Origin: Veleropilina oligotropha
Taxonomy: Eukaryota
Length of the DNA: 64,000 nt
NCBI GenBank assembly: GCA_048128005.1
Contig: JBEUKZ010000008.1
Span: 248,001 to 312,000, forward strand
Direction: 5' to 3'
Made by a program: the position numbers and the translations under genes. The notes below the pieces were generated by a model. That model was not told the DNA's origin. It searched no databases and was given only the letters and a program-made list of their open reading frames with translations. Below, piece after piece: positions 1 to 64,000 of this stretch (position 1 is the first letter of the stretch; every line of letters begins with the position of its first letter).

Positions 1-17
1 GAAAGTCAATACATTTA

Positions 18-276
18 CAGGGTTCTCCCCGAATTTGAAATTATAAGGCGGGGGAATTATGTCGCGGAGGGGACGCTTGTGATCGCGCATGTGCATGTGT
101 GTATGCATGTATGTATTTATGCATGTATGTATGTATGTATGTATGCATGTATATGCATATATATATATATTAATTATATGACTTCAATGGGGTGAACATC
201 TGGAATGGTGGTCATTTGTGGAAAGGTGGCGGGGATGGGCCATATGGTGGCGGGGAAGGGCCAGGGGAGAACCCTG
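18..276. mobile_element. hAT-like MITE with an internal (TATG)n microsatellite
   Basis: TIR CAGGGTTCTCCCC / GGGGAGAACCCTG; CATTTA repeated on both flanks. Confidence 0.6.
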
Positions 277-539
277 CATTTATCTGTTTATCAGTGATTA
301 GCAGCTGGATCTAACCGACACAGAAGTCACCTTGATTCCTTCGCTGGGCATTTTCTTTACGGTAATTACCATTCACAGTGGTCCTTAACTGAGCGCTGCA
401 AGTGATTTTCCTGTGCGAACAGCCTTTCGTGTCGTGATAATATGAAGGGTGCTAAAATGGAACTCAGCATTGATCTAAACAAAACTAATAATTCTTTTGA
501 TTCTGTATTGGTTGTCACCTCTTGGCGTAAATTCCCCTT

Positions 540-775
540 CCCTGATAGCCCAACTGGTTAGGGCGTCGGAAAAATGTTATGTGGGACGGTAGGATGTGGG
601 TTCAAGCCCGCTCCGGCCTGGCATATTCTAAGGCTTAAAACTAATAGATGGCATAGCCCTAATGTATGTCGGTCAGATCGGAGTGAGACCTTGAACCGGG
701 TGTCCCCGACTGCATTAAGGCTGACAAATTGCCAAAGGGGTCGTAAAACAAAGTTGTCAACTTGGCGTAAATTCA
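540..775 (+). mobile_element. tRNA-derived SINE (Meta-SINE-like family; related copies about 30037-30250 and 42365-42570)
   Basis: A box (TAGCCCAACTGGTTAG), B box (GGTTCAAGCCC) and a shared core GATCGGAGTGAGACCTTGAACCGGGTGTC; the family name is inference. Confidence 0.55.
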
Positions 776-1302
776 ATCTTTTAAATGACTTTATGTACAC
801 AGTATCAATTGAGGTTAGTTATATATACATAACTTTGCCGTTGATCTCTAGATAACATCAATTTAAAAAAGCCAAATGGTGTGCATTAGCATGTGATTTT
901 ATATCCCAAGTGTTGTTCTTTTAAAATGTTTGTTTCCATCATGTTTGTTATTTAAGAATTGCCAAGAGATTGCAAGTGATGGAGGAATCTAATTATACCG
1001 TATAAGCAAATGTAAGCATTTCGCAAAGGAAATACTCCAGATTTTACGAAGGTTCACATCAAGAGAATTTAGCTCAGACGTTCCGAGAGCAGACAGACTA
1101 ATGTGAACTGGTTCCTGGAGATGCCGATGGATTTGGGCTGCAGATGAACTTCAGATCTCTGCTATACACCATGTGGACAGCAAATTGCTGAGGATTTTTT
1201 TTCGATTTTGCTACATCATTTTTAAGTAGCTGTCTTGTAAATATTTTATAAATAGAGCAGTTGACTTTCATTACGTGTCTGATATAGATTGACGGCGGTA
1301 TG

Positions 1303-2357
1303 TTTTTATGCCACCACCAATTTATTGGGGTGGCATTTAGATTTACTCTTGTCCGTCCCGTCCGTCCGTCCCGTCCGTCCGTCCCGAAACCAGTATTTGC
1401 AAGTAAGCAACTCCAATCTGCTATAACTTCTATTTGCCTTCATGGATTGACTTCATACTTTGTACACTTGCTTATCATCATTCATCCTTCGCTTCTGCGA
1501 CCCATCCATGTCGCCGTATGGCCAAGGTCAAGGTCAAATGACTTAGCTCTTCAAACCAGTATTTGCGTGTAAGCAACTCCAATCTGCTATAACTTCTATT
1601 TGCCTTCATGGATTGACTTCATACTTTGTACACTTGCTTATCATCATTCATCCTTCGCTTCTGCGACCCATCCATGTCGCCGTATGGCCAAGGTCAAGGT
1701 CAAATGACTTAGCTCTTCAAACCAGTATTTGCGTGTAAGCAACTCCAATCTGCTATAACTTCTATTTGCCTTCATGGATTGACTTCATACTTTGTACACT
1801 TGCTTATCATCATTCATCCTTCGCTTCTGCGACCCATCCATGTCGCCGTATGGCCAAGGTCAAGGTCAAATGACTTAGCTCTTCAAACCAGTATTTGCGT
1901 GTAAGCAACTCCAATCTGCTATAACTTCTATTTGCCTTCATGGATTGACTTCATACTTTGTACACTTGCTTATCATCATTCATCCTTCGCTTCTGCGACC
2001 CATCCATGTCGCCGTATGGCCAAGGTCAAGGTCAAATGACTTAGCTCTTCAAACCAGTATTTGCGTGTAAGCAACTCCAATCTGCTATAACTTCTATTTG
2101 CCTTCATGGATTGACTTCATACTTTGTACACTTGCTTATCATCATTCATCCTTCGCTTCTGCGACCCATCCATGTCGCCGTATGGCCAAGGTCAAGGCCA
2201 AATGACTTAGCTCTTCAAACCAGTATTTGCGTGTAAGCAACTCCAATCTGCTATAACTTCTATTTGCCTTCATGGATTGACTTTATACTTTGTACACTGC
2301 CCCTATGGTCAAGGCTGCCAGTGGGGGCATCCGTGTCCGATGGACACATTTCTAGTT
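1303..2357 (+). mobile_element. Helentron-associated (HINE/pearl-like) element with about 5.5 x 166-bp tandem array
   Basis: 5' hairpin ATGCCACC...GGTGGCAT, (GTCC)n tract, units starting at 1387/1553/1719/1885/2051/2217, 3' hairpin then CTAG-TT. Confidence 0.8.
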
Positions 2358-2904
2358 TAGCTCTTATGACGTGCTGCGTTATTTAATGGGAACTTGTTGC
2401 GGTGCAAATTATCCGCTCCGGATTGACTGATGAACCTGAAATAGAAAGGTCTATATACGTTCTTGATGGCAGCAATAATTGTTCAGAAGAACACTTTCAT
2501 TACCGACGGCAGCCCACTGTGAGGCTAGAGTACACTCATTACGAGGGCATACACGCAGGGACTGCCACTTGAGTTTGATAAGGAACTAACCTCCTGGTTT
2601 ATTCATGCAAGAAAGCAAAATCAACGTAAAGGTTAACAACCTTTTTACTCTATCTTGTGTGTGTTTCAGCAACAGAACTACTGAAACCTAATATGGATTG
2701 AATTTATTTTTAATGTCTCGCTCTACGTGAATGTGGAATAAATTTACCATTTGTGCAGATATCATCTCAGCTGTTTCAAGCCACTTTTCATCTTCAAATA
2801 CTTTGTAAGATAATTCATATTTGTCTAAATGCTTTGTGGAGTATATTAGTGGTGCCCATCCTCATAGCATATCACTATCATGAAAATCAGGCGACATGTT
2901 TTGA

Positions 2905-3160
2905 ATTAGATTGATGCTCACTATCATATTTTTAACAGCCTCCAGGTTCATACCAACACATGTCCATAATTATGACCACAGGAAGAAAACCCGGTCACCT
3001 GACAAAAAAATCATGCAATCATTATCACCGACCAGTTATGAACAGCTGTGACTGGTAACTGAACAACGAATGCTCTGTCCAGGATTTGAACCAATCCTGC
3101 TAGACAGAGCTGTCGAGCGATTGACTTCAGAGTGCGCCCTCTTAATTTATCTATTCGGTT
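2905..3160 (-). mobile_element. tRNA-derived SINE, abundant family (other copies about 8850-9030 -, 9880-10080, 11930-12185, 23186-23400, 38013-38200, 39708-39890, 43570-43745 -, 50895-51450, 63117-63220)
   Basis: Shared motifs GACTGCTCTGTCTAACA, GTTCAGTTA, CATAACTG, GGTTTYCCCGGGCGACC.GG, ATGGACATGTCCTG and ATTAAGCATYRATCC; the central part resembles the V-SINE domain (inference). Confidence 0.6.
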
Positions 3161-6113
3161 AACATTGTCGCCATCATGCAAGCAACAGGTAGGTCTGTAT
3201 CCTCGGCATATGTGGATAGATTGTGTCCTATTGGATTTGCCCGTCATTGTGGCAAAATCATTTACCGCAACTTGCTTCTAAATTAGTGCTACTAATCTGC
3301 TTGTAGGCGCTGTCTGTATGTAGCCGACCTGTGGTGCAGTCAGAGTAAACCAGACTCAATATGCTGAAATAAACACGCCATTGTGGTGGCGAGGGTGGTT
3401 CCCATCTGGTTCTGTTTTCATATTACTGGCTGCTTGATTCTGGATTTGTTTGTTGGATCTAGCAGCATGCATATTTATCTCCCCCTGGTTTGTTTGTCTC
3501 TGGTCTGTGGCTGTTTACGGTCTCTTGGGTTCACTGTCTCCGAAGCCTGACTCCGCACCACGGATTAATGGATTACAACAACAAGGAGAGGAGGGTAGTT
3601 ATCAGTATCACCCATCATTGATTCTCAGAATCTCTCAGAGACACCAGCTGGCAATGGCTGGCAAAGACGAATGGTTATGGTTTCCAAGAACAGCGGCTAA
3701 TTAAGAACTGGTAAACACAATCGCGTTTAATGGATAATGTAGATACATAAATGGAGCAAAGTCTGTGTTGAATAAAAATATTTACCTTGACCGTTTGGTG
3801 GTGGGCGAAGGATATTGGTTTGTATATGATGATGTCGGCCGTCTCAATATCTACTGGTCAGATTTCTTTTGCATTTAGCTCAAAAATGAGTACGCAAACT
3901 CAACCTGGAAAGAACAAAATTATATCAGTCCAGAGCAGGACCAGGATTTTATGACATGATTTCGGTTTTCAGTTTGTGTTGTAGCTTGAAATGTATTCAT
4001 CCGAGTGATAAATCTGTCTGTCATCATCATATTCCTTGCAGACTTCAATATCATGAATACTCCCAATCAGTATTAAATGGTTATTGCAATATAAAAAAGT
4101 TACATTTTGTCAATGAAGCAAGGGTTTGCTATCTTGAAGTGTCTTGTTCTCAATTTAAAAAGAAATATTAAAGAGAAAGGTGATAATATAGCCCTGAATA
4201 TTTTAATGTGAACTTGCACAGTATTGGATTGCAGCATGGCTGTTTTATCAACACATCCCGTAACATTATGTTGAGAAATGTTAATCAGACCGACTGATTG
4301 CCTTTAAGTTAAAATAGCAGTGGTATTGGCTACAGTGAATCCATCAGACGTCATGTGCGGTATTGCCCCTCTGGCTTTCGCTAAGAACTATTACAGTCTA
4401 TTCCTTGCCATTGTAGACTTCACAGATATATCCCATTCCACAAAAGATTCGTTCATGTACAAATAATGTATTCTGAAGGCCATTGTTACACATAGCATCC
4501 ATTGTGGTAACCTGAGATGCCCTGTCCGTCATGTTGCTTTCATTGTGGAGACGGCCCTCGTTAGTACAACTAAATGCCTGGCTTTGACCAAACAGTAGTA
4601 GGGATCCTGACAGAAAATTTATTGTCCTCTAGTTTCATATAATCCAGCTCTGTTTTATGTCAGCTGTCTGTTACCATGGGCTGACAGGAAGTTAAATGGA
4701 TGTCAGAACTGCACTCAGTAACCTCCAAACACCAGCATGGCCTGCTGGGTTGGAAGAAAATGATGTCTTGAAAACAAGTTTCACTGTATTGTAACCGAGT
4801 CCGCTAGACTAAATCCGACCTGATTTTAGAATGGGACAATATTTTAGTTTTGAGTTACTGTACACGTTTATGTTGATGACAGTTTAGACTTAATTTGGCA
4901 TGCAAATTTTATAAACATGCTATACTTTACAGTAGATTTACGTTATAACAATGCCCCAAAATGATACTTTTACACAGCAAACTTGAAAGGTTATAAATGG
5001 TGAATATGACTGGGTTAAAAGTCTTGATCCATGAGCTGAGTACATGTTCTCACGACTTTTAAGTTTATAATTACTTGTATATGCAGGATCTTACAACTGT
5101 ACAAATTTGCCTCCATTGTTATGAGGTGTTGCCATCTCAATGTTGGTTTACATTATCAATATACAAGCAGGGATAGTGTACATATGTACCCATTATTGAA
5201 GTGTGTGGGGAGGGGGGGTGAAATTCATGAATATAGTATGAACTGAAGATAAAATTTTGACAATGCACGGTGTGAAACCAGCAATTCTCTGCCAACATTT
5301 CATGAACCGTTTTGATCAAAATGTATGAGTAAATTTTTTTTAAAATGTTGCCAAATAAAGTGTGTGGGGGGTGCTGAGCCCACCCTAGTCCCCCCCCCCC
5401 CCCCCGGGCCCTCCGTCCCTGACAAGTGAACGCTATATGATTGAACATGTTAAAATTAATAATAATTTGAGACTGTCTGCCTTGCATTCAACATTTGCTG
5501 TGTGATGCCTATCATCCATTGAGTGGTCTCGCGTTTGTTGTGCACCCCACGCCTGGAGATGTACACATGTTGTGGTGGAGTCAGCAGGCAGCGCCATTTG
5601 TATACAATTGCTTCCTATTGTATATATAACACATTCCCATGTTTGCATCCCATCTGCAGCCTGTTTCTGGTACTGGTGCCAGAGGAGAGAGCACGCACAT
5701 GACTTCAGTTTTGGATCGCAACAAGATGCCTGCCATCATCATAGCTTAGAGTGGCAAGGTTTTCAGTAGTGATACTTGACGACATGAATAAATCTATATG
5801 AATCTTAATACAATTCCACTTTTATATATACAGATATTTAAAATTTTCTTATTTTTATAATGACAGAAGGTATGATTGATAGCTATAGTTTATGGTTTAT
5901 ACAATTATGGAAAACGTCCAGACACCAGATCGAGTGTAACCTTATATTGTGTTTTGAGAGCATACCATGCATAGATATAATATAATACATCTTAAATACC
6001 AATACCTTGGATTTTCTGATCTATACAATTTCATCCTCTGTCGACATTATATGTTTATTTTCAGAATTTTTTTTTATAATCTTTAATAATTTGTTGCGAT
6101 GATCCTTTTCCAG

Positions 6114-62974
<56,861 letters not shown>

Positions 62975-64000
62975 GTATGTATGAAGCTTATCCGAAGCTC
63001 TTCATTCATGGAAGAGTTAATTCCCTTTAATGGATGTGATATTAGTAGCATATCAATATATTCTTATGATTCAATTACTGTAGTAATATTATGAGCCATT
63101 TCCTCGTAGAATTGGTGACACCGGTAGCATGGGCTCTCAGTTCACTCGCTTGACTGCTCTGTCTGACAGGAGTGGGTTCGCATCCTCGGCGGGGCACGCT
63201 TTGATCGGTTAATATCACCGTATTTAACCACATCGACGTCAAATATTTATAGCCCGTCTATCTCTCATGATTCAGTACAGTCAAATCAATCTATTATTTA
63301 GCTACAGTAAGGAGATTAAGATCCATTCCCCTGCAGAATTGAGTGGATAAGGAGTGGATTCTCAATTCACTTGCTTGACTGCTTTGTCTGAAAATAGGCA
63401 GTAAACCTACTGAGGCTATCGAGTTTAAATAAAGTATATTATTATTATTATTATTATTATTATGTAATCCTCGGTTTGGCACTCTTTTTTACAGTCACAT
63501 TTGTTCATAAGATAATTAAGGCCAACAAAAAAAATTAAATAGTTTCTCGGGCACCGGCGCGTCAGTCAAAAGTCGGTCGCCATTTGCTTTTTATTGAATA
63601 TGAAAAAATAAAAATTTCGTCTGATTATAATATTTTAATATATCTTTGTACGATTGGATGTAAAACTCATGTTGACTGTATACTTTGCATTGCATAATGT
63701 AATATTGTTTATAATACGAATAAAAATTCTATGTTTTATATCATTTGTTATTTCCATTGTTATCGTTTAAAAATTACTGCTATACATTACACTATAAATA
63801 GCGACTTCACTTGCCCTTTCCTGTCGCGATAAAGCCAGAATGTCTCGGACCGGTATATCCCTACAGTCGGATTTCGCATATAAAAAGGTTTATCTGTGCA
63901 AATTTCTCATAGGCCCAAGGGGTTAATCAATTTTACACATTACAAATGCAAGTTTTTTGTCAAATACTAGTTTTACTGATATTTTAATCGAAAACGATCA

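Noticed and set aside
540..620. tRNA genes at SINE heads (also about 30037, 23186, 50895)
   Set aside because: A/B boxes are present but there is no clean cloverleaf, and each continues into a shared SINE body.
63515..63926. TTAA-associated transposon ends (TTAAGGCCAA... and ...AGGGGTTAA)
   Set aside because: The two ends do not match each other and no partners are visible before the window edge.

Overview
Eukaryotic, AT-rich, intron-rich animal DNA. The repeat landscape suggests a marine invertebrate, probably a lophotrochozoan (inference only). The window holds the N-terminal part of one large + strand gene, a perlecan (HSPG2/trol/unc-52) orthologue. I can splice 26 GT-AG exons (3519 nt, about 1173 codons, no stops, phases consistent). 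They encode a perlecan-type SEA domain (2 exons), an unexpected 171-aa module of unknown family (1 exon), 19 single-exon LDL-receptor class A (LDLa) repeats plus one 4-Cys mini-exon, one Ig domain (2 exons) and an LDLa resembling vertebrate perlecan LA2. I found no start or stop codon, so both probably lie outside the window. The 16.5-kb intron splitting the SEA domain contains a full-length 7.36-kb DIRS1-type tyrosine-recombinase retrotransposon with identical ITRs, an ICR and decayed gag/RT-RH-MT/YR, nested inside a Harbinger-like MITE. The same intron has a palindrome carrying two variant (G3-C8) hammerhead-ribozyme-like cores. Other introns carry Helentron-type elements with satellite arrays, nested Tc1/pogo MITEs, hAT-like MITEs, a foldback element, tRNA-derived SINEs and minisatellites. 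Family assignments come from motif recognition by eye, not database searches.
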